NCBI RefSeq assembly: GCF_009914755.1
Contig: NC_060947.1
From: the human T2T-CHM13v2.0 reference genome, Homo sapiens
Direction: 5' to 3' (one strand)
Length of the DNA: 64,000 nt
The notes below the pieces were generated by a model. The model did no database searches. It saw only the letters and a program-made list of their open reading frames with translations, and was not told the origin of the DNA. The translations under genes were made by a program, and so were the position numbers. This document shows positions 17,383-34,689 of the stretch, piece by piece (position 1 is the first letter of the stretch; every line of letters begins with the position of its first letter).

Positions 17383-19825
17383 CACATGCAGCCTTGTCAA
17401 ATGTGAAAAACCATTTGTCAGTCTGTTTTGCTGTGTCTCAATGACCCAGTTCCAGAAAAGGCAGAAACCAAAACATTAACTTGTATGTTTATCTTCATAT
17501 CTCATGGCAGGTTACAATTATTATGTGTTCTATACAGGTTTGACTCTCCCTTATACAGCCAGAAACAAAAGAAGGCAGGTTACATGGAAAGACAGTATAA
17601 AGCATCTGAGAACTACGGCTTTATAATTACAGGAACCTGGGTTTGCCTCCTTTCTCTTCCATCTTCTAACTGAACAACTTTAGCGTGTGAAAGCCATAAC
17701 ATCTGTAGTTTTCTGAGGCTTGATCACACAACAAACATTACCAACTCATCTTTTGTCACAGTTTACTACTACAACAGGAACAGAGGCAAAAGAGTGGGGA
17801 CATAGACAGATCTAGGGTAATTTCTAGGCTATGCATGAAAGGAGTCCTTTAGTTTGTTATATGAGCTTTGACTCAGATATATCGCTTCCCTCTGATTGAG
17901 TTGCACTAGGGAAAAGCCAACTGAAAATACTAGGAATTAATTATTAAGTCATGTTTATATATTTATATCTTTCATACATATTCATCTATTTATTTAATAT
18001 TTAGTGCTTTAATTATTAAACTGTTTTTGAACATTGTTTATGGGAGAATATTTTTGGCAGCCAAAATATATTTTCAAGTATAAACAGCTGAGTAAGAATC
18101 AGAGCGTCATAGAAACAAGATAGAGCCTCCATTTCCTGAGTCCGTTATGGTGTTTTTGAAGTCAAAACACTTAAAACAGGTAAAAGGATAGACTACTTTT
18201 CCCTATTTAAAAATATCAGCATGCAATCCATTCCCTGAGAAGTTTAGGAGGTGACTCTATACAAGAAAGTTCTTTATTTTAGAATTGTAAGAAAAAATAG
18301 CAAAAGTGCTCCTGTTGTTTGGAAAGGTACAGAGAAGGTATCAAAAGTTTTCGGTATTTTAGGTTAATTTTATATGAAGAGTAAAATGAAGAACTAGAAG
18401 AATTAAAATGATTTGAGACTCAAAACTTTTAGAAAATATTGTTATTGAACTGCCAGCAAACGTAAGGATATTCAGCAGGTTTAGTGCTTGATTGCACGAT
18501 GAAGGGGGTAAGAAGTAATTATTGTCAAATTAAAATGGATTGACTTTGGTCTCATGTCATTTCTTATCTAATGATTTAATATAACATATAGTTGTAAAGG
18601 AAAGCAGCATTATGTCATTCACATTTTGCAAAATTGAACTGTCCCTAGGCTACTTTGGAAGGGACAACTGCCTAAAGTTTCCTTTTTTCACACAAGATAG
18701 TCCACCACCCCATCAGCAAATTATTTTAAATTAATTTGTTCAGCATGAAAGGAAATAAGAAGACATGGAAACCACTCAAGGAATATGAAATTCAATCCAA
18801 TTTCCCATTTTGTGAGCACCTATGATGCTGCATCTATAAGCACCTATGAGCTGTTATGGTGGAAATGTATTGAGAATCCAAAGAGAAGAAGACATAATTC
18901 CTGCCCACAAAAATCTTATAATCTCAAACTGAAAGGAGAAAGGAGAACTACAGAGTACACAATATTTAAAATACTCATATTTAACTAGATAAGCAGTGGG
19001 GGAGGGGGAGAGAAAGAGAGAGACAGAAAATGTAGCCTTTCCACTATTTAGTGTGCAATTCCCTATGATTAGCATGATAATGGAGGATAGGAAACTGAAA
19101 TTCCATAGTCACAGTCCCCACTTAACTGTTACAGGGTGAACAACCCTCTGTGCTGAGTGTGATTCTTGGGTTTAAGGTTTATATTTTTTGTACAATCTGG
19201 TTCCTACATGCAAGTTAATTACTTTATCTACTGTTCAACCTAAGGGATAAACTTCCTGAGACATTTCTTTTCAAAATTAATTTGAAACTATATGAGTTTT
19301 TTATTTTCTTCTTATATCTTTAGAACCTTACTCTCAAGTGAGGTTTGATTCTGCTGTTTAACTAACTAGGAATATGATCATAATGGAGTACAAGAGGGAT
19401 TAAATTCTTTCCAGAGGTGGGAAAGTGAAGGTTTCAAAAAGGATGTGGCCTATGAAGAGTAAGATTTCAAGAGACAGATTTAAAAAAATGCTATTATAGG
19501 CAAAGTGAGTAGTCAACCACTATGCAAATGTATAAAGCATCCAATGTGTGACAAGTATGGACAATGTAAGTAGACTGGAGTAGGTAGTGAATAAGGCATT
19601 TGAGGGCAGTCATGAGAGGTAAGGCTAAAAAGCTAGGTAGAGTTAGGTAGTGATAGTTCTAAGAAATACAGCCTTTGCTCTGTAGGTGGTGGCAGTCAGC
19701 GAAGGTTGTTAGTGAAGTGATATCATACTTGTGTTTTAGAAAGGTAATTCTTAGCTGCTACCTCATGCCTCTGGCCTGGCAGAAGTTTCTTCTTGTTTTC
19801 CAGAAAACCACAAGAAGAGAGTATA

Positions 19826-20912
19826 GACAGCCATTGCAGTACATTGAGCTCCATAGAGATAGCAGTGAGGCAAGCAAGAGAGAGCTAGATGGGCAATGGG
19901 TGACTCTGTGTCTTGCTGAGCAAAAATAACTAAATGTGGGCAAAGGAGTTCCTAAGAAGCTGAGAGGCACACTGTCATCATATGCATTCTTTGCAGACTT
20001 GTTGGGAGGAGCACGAGAAGGAGTACCCAGATAGTTCAGTCAACTTTTCAGTTTTCTTTTTTTTTTTTTTGCCTTCTGTTTTTTGAGAGACGGATATCAC
20101 TCTGTCACCGAGGCTGGAGTGCAATGGCGTGCTCTCGGTCCACTGCAACTTCTCCGAGTTTCCAAAGAAGTGCTCTGAGAAGTGGAAGACCATGTCTGTG
20201 AAAGAGAAAGGAAAATTTGATGACAGAAAAGACAGACAAGGCCCTTTATGAAAGAGAAGTAAAAACATATATTCATCCTAAAGGGGAACCAAAAAGAAGC
20301 ACAAGGATCCCAATGTACTCAAGAAGCATCCTTCAGCCTTTTTCTTGTTCTCTTCTGAATATTTGCACAAAATCAAAAGAGAACACCCCAGCCTATCTGT
20401 TGGTGATGTTGCAACAAAACTGGAAGAGGTGTGGAATGACACTGCTGCAGATGACAAGCTCCCTTATGAAAAGAAGGCCATGAAGCTGAAGAAAAAATAC
20501 TAAAGGAAAAATGCTAAAGAAAAGCCTGATTCAGCAAAAAAGGGAGTCATGAAGGCTGAAAAAAAGCAAGAAAAACAAGGAAGAGGAGGATGATAAAGAA
20601 GATGAAGATGATAATCAATAAGTTGGTTCAGGCAGATTTTTTCTTCTCTATAAAGCATTTTACCTCCCTGAACATAATTTACTCCTTGTAAAGAAAAAAT
20701 GGAAATTTCCAGCTGTCTAGGATTTGTTTTTAAACTGTACAGTGTCTTTTGTGTATAGTTAACACACTGCCAAATGTGTCTTTAGATAGCCCTGTCCTGG
20801 TGGTATTTTCAATAGCCACCAACCTTTCCTGGTATAGTATAGGGGCTGTAAATTGGCAAGGAAATTTAAAGCATGTTCTTGTTGATATACACCACAAATT
20901 AGTTATATATGA
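19826..20912 (+). pseudogene. HMGB1P: HMGB1 processed pseudogene (5'UTR, disrupted CDS, partial 3'UTR)
   Basis: Intronless match to HMGB1 mRNA (gccattgcagtacattgagctccatagaga; GKG.PKK.RG..SSYAFF; [10 protein letters not shown]; acidic tail; stop at 20619); start codon mutated to GTG at about 19936, frameshifts, Alu insertion. Confidence 0.93.
20057..20146 (-). mobile_element. Very short Alu 3' fragment with poly-A inside the HMGB1 pseudogene
   Basis: gagacgga..tcactctgtcacc.aggctggagtgcaatggcg; degenerate duplication of HMGB1 caactt(t/c)tc..gttt(t/c)c. Confidence 0.85.
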
Positions 20913-21301
20913 TGAAATGGTTTGGCTTCATGTCCCCACCCAAATCATCTCGAAATGTAATCCCCACGTGTCGAGGGAGGGACCTGGTGGGAGGTGATTG
21001 AATCATGGGGGCGGATTTCCCCCTTGGTGCTGTTCTCTTTATAGTGAGGGAGTTATCATGAGATTCAGTTGTTTAAAAGAGTGTGGCACCTCCCCTCTCT
21101 CTCTCTTCCTCCTTCTGGGGCCATGTAAGACATGCCTGCTTCCCTTTCACCTTCCACCATGATTGAAAGTTTTCTGAGGCTTCCCCAGCCATGCTTCCTG
21201 TACAGCCTGCAGAACTGTGAGCCAGTTAAACCTCTTTTTTTTTAAATAAATTACCCAGTTTCAGGTATTTATTTTTAACAGTATGAGAATGGACTAATAT
21301 A
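20913..21301 (+). mobile_element. MST (MaLR) LTR
   Basis: tgaaatggtttggct..gtccccacccaaatc ... gagaatggactaatata. Confidence 0.85.
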
Positions 21302-21664
21302 CCTTCCTTATGATTTTCTTAATAACATTTTCTTTTCTAGCTTATTTTATTTTTATAAGAAGTTTATGATACATATAAAAACTATTTTTGTAAAAAGTAC
21401 AGTGTTTACTGTATTTTATAAAAATACAGTACTATATTTTGTAAAAAACTGTATTATTACAAAAAACTATTTTTGTAAGAATGCAGTTTATGATACACAT
21501 AACATACAAACTATGTATCAATAAACTGTTTATGTTATCGACAAGGCTTCTGGTAGACTAAGCTATTAGTAGTTACGTTTTTGCAGTGTCAAAAGTTATA
21601 CACAAATATTCAACTGTGTGGGAGGTCAGCATCTCTAACCCCCATGTTGTTCAAGGGTTAGCTG
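21302..21664 (+). mobile_element. Tigger2-like DNA transposon terminal fragment
   Basis: ttatgttatcgacaaggcttctgg..ctattagtagtta..ccccatgttgttcaagggttagctg-ta. Confidence 0.7.
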
Positions 21665-21905
21665 TATTTTGTGGGAACAGTTAAACTACAGACACCCAGG
21701 TATTCAATGGCCAAAAAGGATACAGGTGAGCATGGTACCATTTATATATTTTTGCCATGCTTCTCGGGACAGGGAATAATAGTGACAGTGGCATTTGAGC
21801 ACTTCTGTGAAAGAATGAGTCCTTCTTGAACAGAGGGAGTAGGAGCTACACGTGCTAAAACAGAAACCTAACATAGCTGGAAGGGGTCCTAGTGACCATC
21901 TAGCC

Positions 21906-22100
21906 CAAGGGTACACAAATTATGACCTGCAGGCCAAATCTGGCTATTTCTTATACAGCCCTAAGAGTGATTTTTATATTTTAAAAGGGTTGTAAAAGTG
22001 TGTGTGTTGGGGAAGGGGGGTGGATATATGTATGGGATATATACCTATACATGTGGTCTGCAAAGCCCAACTTAGTTTTCATCTGATCTTTTAAGAAAAA
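21906..22100. mobile_element. MER58-like hAT-Charlie relic
   Basis: caaattatgacctgcaggccaaatctggc..tgtggtctgcaaagccc. Confidence 0.55.
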
Positions 22101-22342
22101 TTACCATAGTCTAATTTTTTTTTCTTCTTTTTTTTTTATTATACATTAAGTTTTAGGGTACATGTGCACATTGTGCAGGTTAGTTACATATGTATACATG
22201 TGCCATGCTGGTGTGCTGCACCCACTAACTCGTCATCTAGCATTAGGTATATCTCCCAATGCTATCCCTCCCCCCTCCCCCGACCCCACCACAGTCCCCA
22301 GAGTGTGATATTCCCCTTCCTGTGTCCATGTGATCTCATTGT

Positions 22343-26170
<3,828 letters not shown>

Positions 26171-26233
26171 TATGATGTTAGCTGGTGATTTTGCTCGTTA
26201 GTTGATGCAGTTTCTTCCTAGTCTCGATGGTCT

Positions 26234-27250
26234 TTACATTTTGGCATGATTTTGCAGTGGCTGGTACCGGTTGTTCCTTTCCATGTTTAGTGCTTCCTTC
26301 AGGAGCTCTTTTAGGGCAGGCCTGGTGGTGACAAAATCTCTCAGCATTTGCTCGTCTGTAAAGTATTTTATTTCTCCTTCACTTATGAAGCTTAGTTTGG
26401 CTGGATATGAAATTCTGGGTTGAGAATTCTTTTCTTTAAGAATGTTGAATATTGGCCCCCACTCTCTTCTGGCTTGTAGGGTTTCTGCCGAGAGATCCGC
26501 TGTTAGTCTGATGGGCTTCCCTTTGAGGGTAACCCGACCTTTCTCTCTGGCTGCCCTTAACATTTTTTCCTTCATTTCAAGTTTGGTGAATCTGACAATT
26601 ATGTGTGTTGGAGTTGCTCTTCTCAAGGAGTATCTTTGTGGCATTCTCTGTATTTCCTGAATCTGAACGTTGGCCTGCCTTGCTAGATTGGGGAAGTTCT
26701 CCTGGATAATATCCTGCAGAGTGTTTTCCAACTTGGTTCCATTCTCCCTGTCACTTTCAGGTACACCAATCAGACGTAGATTTGGTCTTTTCACATAGTC
26801 CCATATTTCTTGGAGGCTTTGCTCATTTCTTTTTATTCTTTTTTCTCTAAACTTCCCTTCTCGCTTCATTTCATTCATTTCATCTTCCATTGCTGATACC
26901 CTTTCTTCCAGTTGATTCCATCGGCTCCTGAGGCTTCTGCATTCTTCACGTAGTTCTCGAGCCTTGGTTTTCAGCTCCATCAGCTCCTTTAAGCACTTCT
27001 CTGTATTGGTTATTCTAGTTATACATTCTTCTAAATTTTTTTCAAAGTTTTCAACTTCTTTACCTTTGGTTTGAATGTCCTCCTGTAGATCGGAGTAATT
27101 TGATTGTCTGAAGTCTTCTTCTCTCAGCTCGTCAAAGTCATTCTCCATCTAGCTTTGTTCCGTTGCCGGTGAGGAGCTGTGTTCCTTTGGAGGAGGAGAG
27201 GCGCTCTGCGTTTTAGAGTTTCCAGTTTTTCTGTTCTGTTTTTTCCCCAT
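26234..27250 (-). pseudogene. L1 ORF1p, 338 codons with a premature stop W34*
   Basis: ATG at 27250; TAG at 27149-27151; the remaining 304 aa are open. Confidence 0.93.
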
Positions 27251-28156
27251 CTTTGTGGTTTTATCTACTTTTGGTCTTTGATGATGGTGATGTACAAATG
27301 GGTTTTTGGTGTGGATGTCCTTTCTGTTTGTTAGTTTTCCTTCTAACAGACAGGACCCTCAGCTGCAGGTCTGTTGGAATACCCTGCCGTGTGAGGTGTC
27401 AGTGTGCCCCTGCTGCGGGGTGCCTCCCAGTTTGGCTGCTCGGGGGTCAGGGGTCAGGGACCCACTTGAGGAGGCAGTCTGCCCGTTCTCAGATCTCCAG
27501 CTGCGTGCTGGGAGAACCACTGCTCTCTTCAAAGCTGTCAGACAGGGACATTTAAGTCTGCAGAGGTTACTGCTGTCTTTTTGTTTGTCTGTGCCCTGCC
27601 CCCAGAGGTGGAGCCTACAGAGGCAGGCAGGCCTCCTTGAGCTGTGGTGGGCTCCACCCAGTTCGAGCTTCCTGGCTGCTTTGTTTACCTAAGCAAGCCT
27701 GGGCAATGGTGGGCGCCCCTCCCCCAGCCTCGCTGCCGCCTTGCAGTTTGATCTCAGACTGCTGTGCTAGCAATCATCGAGACTCCGTGGGCGTAGGACC
27801 CTCCAAGCCAGGTGCAGGATATAATCTCGTGGTGCGCCGTTTTTTAAGCCGGTTCGAAAAGCGCAATATTCGTGTGGGAGTGACCCGATTTTCCAGGTGC
27901 GTCCGTCACCCCTTTCTTTGACTCGGAAAGGGAACTCCCTGAACCCTTGCACTTCCCAAGTGAGGCAATGCCTCGCCCTGCTTCGGCTCGCGCACGGTGC
28001 GTGCACCCACTGACCTGCGCCCACTGTCTGGCACTCCCTAGTGAGATGAACCCGGCACCTCAGATGGAAATGCAGAAATCACCCCTCTTCTGCATCGCTC
28101 ACGCTGGGGGCTGTAGACCAGAGCTGTTCCTATTTGGCCATCTCGGCTCCTCCCCC
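27251..28156. promoter_or_regulatory. L1 5'UTR sense and antisense promoter (CpG-rich)
   Basis: Complete L1PA2-type 5'UTR; YY1 site gagatggcc (one change from aagatggcc). Confidence 0.7.
27706..27921 (+). CDS. L1 antisense ORF0 (71 aa), intact reading frame
   Basis: MVGAPPPASLPPCSLISDCCASN...RCVRHPFL*, 216 nt, in the antisense 5'UTR; expression unknown. Confidence 0.65.
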   Translation: MVGAPPPASLPPCSLISDCCASNHRDSVGVGPSKPGAGYNLVVRRFLSRFEKRNIRVGVTRFSRCVRHPFL

Positions 28157-28399
28157 TACCATAGTCTAATTTTAACCTTTTCATATTATAGGTAAAAACT
28201 AAGGCTTATTTATTCAACGTATACCTACCTACATACATATATACAATGACCTCTGAGCATTCAACCTAATGCCACTGAACTAATTTTATTTTCCAAATAT
28301 TTATATTAATTTTATTCAGGAAATGAGGGAAGGCCAAATTTGATTACCCTTAAAAGTCAGGCATGTTCCATGGCACACGGTACAGTACACATGTGTTAC

Positions 28400-28910
28400 A
28401 TTTTGTCTCACCTCCCACTCATTTATTTTATGGTAACAGTACCTTACAATACCCTTGGGGAATCATTGATCTATATAGTTTAATTGGAACTGATCTCACC
28501 AGTCCTCCGGGATAGGGTTATCTTATTGGCCTAAGGCAATGAAGACATCCCATGCCTCTGGCCACAGTGATTGGATTAGGGATGGGCATACGCCCCAGTA
28601 CAAAGGACTGATAATCAGACCCAATTCTTTATGTTAGTCCTTTTAGAAAGAGGAATATTCACTCTCTTTCCTGCTGGGTTTGAACATGGAAGCAAAAGTC
28701 CTGGAAATATGGACACCCACACACCATACAATCGGAACATGAGAATGAAGTCAACATAAAGGATTGAGAAACTGTAAGACAGAGTCTGGTGACATTATTT
28801 GGAACCGCTGGATCAAGCTGTACCTGAAACATATTGATTAGGGAGACCAATACATTCCTTTTTAATTAAGTTTGTTTCAGCTTGGTTTCCTGACATTTAT
28901 AACCAAACTG
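28400..28910 (+). mobile_element. Old MLT1 (J/K/L-like) LTR
   Basis: ctggccacagtgattgg..ggatgggcat; ctggatcaagctgtacctgaa; caatacattcctttt. Confidence 0.6.
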
Positions 28911-29210
28911 CAACCCATGGGCAAAATCCAGCTCACTGACTGTGTTTGTATGGCCCATGAGCTAAGAATAGTTGTATTCATTTTTAAATGATTGAAATAA
29001 ACAAGAAAAACAAAAGACAAATATTATTTTATGACACATGAATATTATGTGAAATTTAAATTTCAGTGTCCATAAGTACAGTTTTATAAAAACACAGCTA
29101 CTCATTCATTTATGCATCATCTGTTTCTGTTTTTGTGCTACAGTAGCAGTGTTGAGTAGTTGTGACAGAGACTTTATGGACAGCAATGTCTAAAATATTT
29201 ATAACTGAAG
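28911..29210. mobile_element. MER58B-like DNA transposon
   Basis: gtatggcccatgagctaagaat; aaatttcagtgtccataa; gagtagttgtgacagagac. Confidence 0.7.
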
Positions 29211-29217
29211 CAGCTGA

Positions 29218-29541
<324 letters not shown>

Positions 29542-29849
29542 TGTTGTTGTTGTTTAAGGTTTCTGTTGATCTCCTAGGCAGACAGTAATGGGGTGCATTG
29601 AAATTTGTGATTCTATCTAGGACCAAAGAGTTGAAGTGCAATCAGAGACAGAGAGGTAGGGGTCACTTCTAACCACTCAGGGAATAATTCAGTAGGTACA
29701 TAATTTATTCACTATCAGGTAGGAGAAATTGTCAGTAAGAACAGAGAATCTGAGTAAGTCATTAAATGTGATCAGGTGAAATGTTTTCTATGTGAAGCCT
29801 CGGAGAATCTATCTTATATCACCAGCTGTAAAGGTAGGGAGTGAAAAGG

Positions 29850-30080
29850 GGAACTAATTCATTTCCTATAATACATTAGATACCATCCTAGATTTTATTT
29901 TTATGTTATGTTTGACTCATCCTCAAAACAATCATATAAGCTAGGTCATATTATTATTCTACTTTTATGATGAGAAAACTGAGATTTTGCCTTACTTTAT
30001 TCAGCTAGAGAATACCAGAGCTGAGATTTGAACACAAATCTATTGGGTTCCCAAATGCATGCTTTTTGTGCTACATCATG
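29850..30080. mobile_element. MIR fragment
   Basis: attattctacttttatgatgagaaaactgag..ccagagctgagatttgaacac. Confidence 0.55.
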
Positions 30081-33000
30081 GGTTGGAAGAATCTGAGAAT
30101 GAGAAAAACAAAAGAATTCTAAAAGTACGAGGATTGTAGGAAACTGAGTTAGAATATTCTATTTGGGAGCTTCATTAAACAAGAATTACAAACTGATGGA
30201 AGAGAGTCCTTTTCCAGTAAGAGGCAGCACTTTTGAGAGTGAAAATGAGCACTATAAGTAATTATGCTGGGCCAACAGAATTAATCTGAGCTTGTCTTGG
30301 GCTAACCAGAATATATGGTGACCCTAATTAGTAATAACAAGGGCCATCTGATGATAGGCGGAGTCATGACAATGAAGTGGTGACAAATGACCAGATTATA
30401 TCAAGGTCAGCTGACATCATTGGAGCAGAGACTGCATTGGGATGGAGGAGATAAATGAATGCTAGCAGCTGCTCAGGACAATTATAGTGCCAATCCTGGA
30501 AAAGGCATAAGACACCAAGCTACCCAGCTACCTTGCTAGGGTGGTAAGGGAAGGACTTGAGGGGATTGGATTCTGGGCATTTTTATTGAGATCAGAGTTA
30601 GAAATTACTGTCACTATAACTCAGCCCCCCATTAGAATCCCCCAAGCTGTGGAATCGGAGGTTAAACTTACCACCAGGAATATTCCTTTTCCTTTTTAAG
30701 AGCAATGATCAAAAAGACCAGTGTAGGTTTGCAGCTCCTAGCTAGCTTGCAGGTAGCTATTGTGTGGATCCCTCTGAGACATACCTGGTTGGGCTTCTCT
30801 GAAGAAGTAGCTGAACAATAGCAACTCTCATGTTGCCTTTCTTCTCATTCCAGACATACTTTCTAGTTGGTCCCAGCCTTGTACCTGCCTATAGGGAATT
30901 GCATCCTCATTACTGCCTCACATGGTTTTCCAAGGCAAACAAAAACAAGGTTTCTATTTAGCCTTTCCTATTTTATTTCTTTCCTCTTTTGATGGTGTCA
31001 ATTTTCTGTCCCTCATCTTTAGCCTTTGCCCCAATTCCTGTCCAGCTGTCTGATCTCTAATATAGTTGCTTTATTAGTGGGTGCCATTTTGAAGATGTGG
31101 AAACGAGCTTTTCTATTTTTCTGAGGATGTATTTATAATCAAATAAGGTAGCAACAGGGATAAAGATGTTCACTTTACCCATGTTTCCCTGCCTGTACCC
31201 CTGCTTACACAAGGTTTTTTTTAATCTGTAAATATTTTTTTGTGTGCTATCAAAACTCATAATAAATTGTAGAACTTGACAGCTGCACATTTATTGGCAA
31301 ACACCAGTTTGAAAGGATGTGTCCCTAGAGGATCAGTCTTGACAGTGTTTTTGACCAACACACATTGAAACACTGGTACAGACATCAGTCGACTACAGCC
31401 AAGCTCTATTCATGGATTGTGCTGATTCTGCACACACACACCTTCACCCTCCATGACCAACTATCATTTGTTTATTCACTCCAAGTCTCATCAGCCTGTG
31501 CACTGCTTCCCTGATAGATGCAAGACAGCATCTTACATACTAACAGCATCGTGTATAATGCCCAGATTTGATATGCTTTTACCACGAGGTCCCACAACCT
31601 GAAATTTAAATGTGACAATGCTATTATGTTATAGTTTGTCTTGAAAAACCACATACTTCTGGATAGACAAGACAGGCAATCTTGTACTTAGGGTATTTGG
31701 GTGTTTCTTTCAAGTACCTTGTCAGGAGATACTGCAGGGAAAAAGTGAAGAACCAGAGCTGATATGGGGGTACAAAGTCAGTCCTCTAGGCAAACAAAAT
31801 TGCTTGTTTTTTACCACTAAACAGCATTTAAAAAAAAAAAAAACAACAACACACTAAAAAAACAGCCCAAGCAGACACACAGGAGACTTCTTCATATGCA
31901 ACATAAAGGATAGCCAGGAGAAAATCATGATTCTGCAACTAACGTACTACTCTAAATGGAGGGCAGTAAAATGCTGCTAAACTTTATAAAACTCATGTTG
32001 CATTGGCTTTCTTTCTCAAAGGAATCACAGAGATTACTTTTCCGGAAGCACTTTCCTTCCTTTTGCTTTACCGTGACTTAATGTGCAGAAAGGGAATTGT
32101 GTCCATTAATGATGTTCCTACTTCCAATCAAATTGTGGTTTCTAGATTACTGTTTCCTCCTAGTTTTCTCTAATTAAGTGGCATCTATGCTGCTTAGCAA
32201 TTAGCTCTAAGAGCCTCAAAATGGTTTATACGTTTGGCTGGTCTGAAGGGTGGAGAGAGGATTGTAGTTAGAGTGCCTTATGCTCTCCCTCAGTATTTTT
32301 GTCTACATGCCAAATTAAACAAAGTTGAAAGCTTTGTATTATTAATTTGAAGAAAATGGCTTTGTGATACAGTATACTCAATGCCTGAAACATTTAAAGT
32401 ATATTAGTACCTATCATAAGCTGTGCATATTAAATTCTAGCTATTGAAACAAATGACAAAAAAGGTTGAATTTAAATGATTTAAAAGGTCCAAGAAAGAA
32501 TTGCATTTGCCTGTCCCTGATTTGATAGTTCAGTAGGCAATGGCATCTTCATATACATTAAACATTTTATCAGATTTATTCACATTAGATGATTATTTCC
32601 CAAATATAATACTACTATTTTTAGTGGGTCCATGCATAATTTAAGTAATCTTGTAAAAAGGAAGTCAATTAATCTTTTGATAGCCAGGAAATTATGTTGT
32701 GGTAAAATTAACAATCTTAATGTAAGTGGAGAGTCTAATTTTAACTGCAACCCTTCACCACCACCCCTGTTGTCCTTTGGTTGTTACTTTCTGTGAGTAT
32801 ATATAAGTTGTTTGATATTCCGACAGCATATATTTAAATGTGCTAGGGACCTTGTTAAATGTTGTCCTCAGTTAACTGCAGTGATTTGGATAAACAACAA
32901 CAAATACAGAAGCAAAGGACAAGCTAAAAACATTTTCTCGTTTCTTAAAGCTTTGTTTGATAATGATACTTTCAAAACTTCTAAAACTGTCAGAAATAGT

Positions 33001-34032
33001 TATGCTTTACTATACATGTGTGAAATTGCAGCTTAAAAATATGGAATTGCTCTGGTCTTTTTGATTTCGCCTAGTATGAAGAAATAAATACATTGTTTGG
33101 ATGCAGGAGATGATATTTGCAAAGTCATGAAGAAATAAACTTCTAAAGAATCTATAGCGGGCATTTTTGCTTTCTGTAGTTAAACTTTTATTATGCCAAA
33201 GCCCTACATGAAAACTGAAAAGCTTTGCCAAGTTCTAGAACTTCTTTTATATTCCACCTGTCAGTTTTAGGACACATAATTAGAGGTCAGATTTTCAACA
33301 GTTAAAACATACAGCTAATTTATATATATATATGGTAGCAATTTCCTGAGTACATGACAATATCTAGATAGTTTCCCAGTATTTTCAGTTTACATTGGAG
33401 TGTTTAGTATCATATAAATCTAGGATGATTCTATAATACAAAAATTCTATTGCAGATGTTTGTTTAAATAATAAGTACTAAGATTTGAAAAACATATTAA
33501 TAGAATCTTAAAATATCACTGCACCAATTTACTTCTACATAAGCCATCAAATCTTATGACTACAAACTATCTGACACCTGTGTTTCTGTTTCTCAGCAGT
33601 CTTGCAGAGGATCCTGAATAATCCACCTTACATTTATCACATGAGAAGGCTAAGGCCCAAAGAGATACAACTGCTGGATTTACTGGGCATTCAAATGACT
33701 GTACAATAGTAAACAACAGCAATACAACCATGACTCTTCCATTCACTCAACAATCATCAGTTGGCTTGCTTACTGTAAGTGAAGCACTATGATAATCATG
33801 AATGGTGCGAGAAAGCAGAACACAGTCTTACTTCATAAAGCTTTGATAATGATTATCTTAAAGTTTCTTAGGGTGTCATAAATAGATATGTTTTCTCATA
33901 CCTGTGTAAAATTACTGTTTCTAGAAGCATAGAGTAAATTTGAATTAACTTCATTTATAAATAATAATACATAACATTTTAAGGGAGAAGATGATTAAAT
34001 GTAAATGGGAGAGGCAGGCACTAAGTCAATGA

Positions 34033-34332
<300 letters not shown>

Positions 34333-34689
34333 ACCTCAGCTCTGTTCCACAGGTCTGTTATGAAGCTGCATCTCAAGAAATCTTAACTGGGAAACCTTTC
34401 CATCTCCTCCATATAATGAAGGTATTCAAGATTTCCAAAGGTATTGGCTACAACAATGATTTGTTATAGCTCCAATCTTAGACATTCCCTATGATTTTTG
34501 ACTTTGTTGTTTTTTGTTTCCCTTACTAATTGAACTGCCAAATGCTCTATTCTCTCTTTCTCTCTCTGACACACACATAACCTGTGTTTTTCTTTCTCTC
34601 CCCCTACAGAGCAACGTGCTGACTTTTTGGGCATCTCATTTGACTGTCATACCTTCTTAATTCTTTTTTGTTTGTTTGTATTTTTATTT

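Noticed and set aside
20217-20483. 88-aa ORF in the HMGB1-like region as a functional retrogene
   Set aside because: Start codon lost, Alu insertion, frameshifts and stops; the ORF leaves the HMGB1 frame
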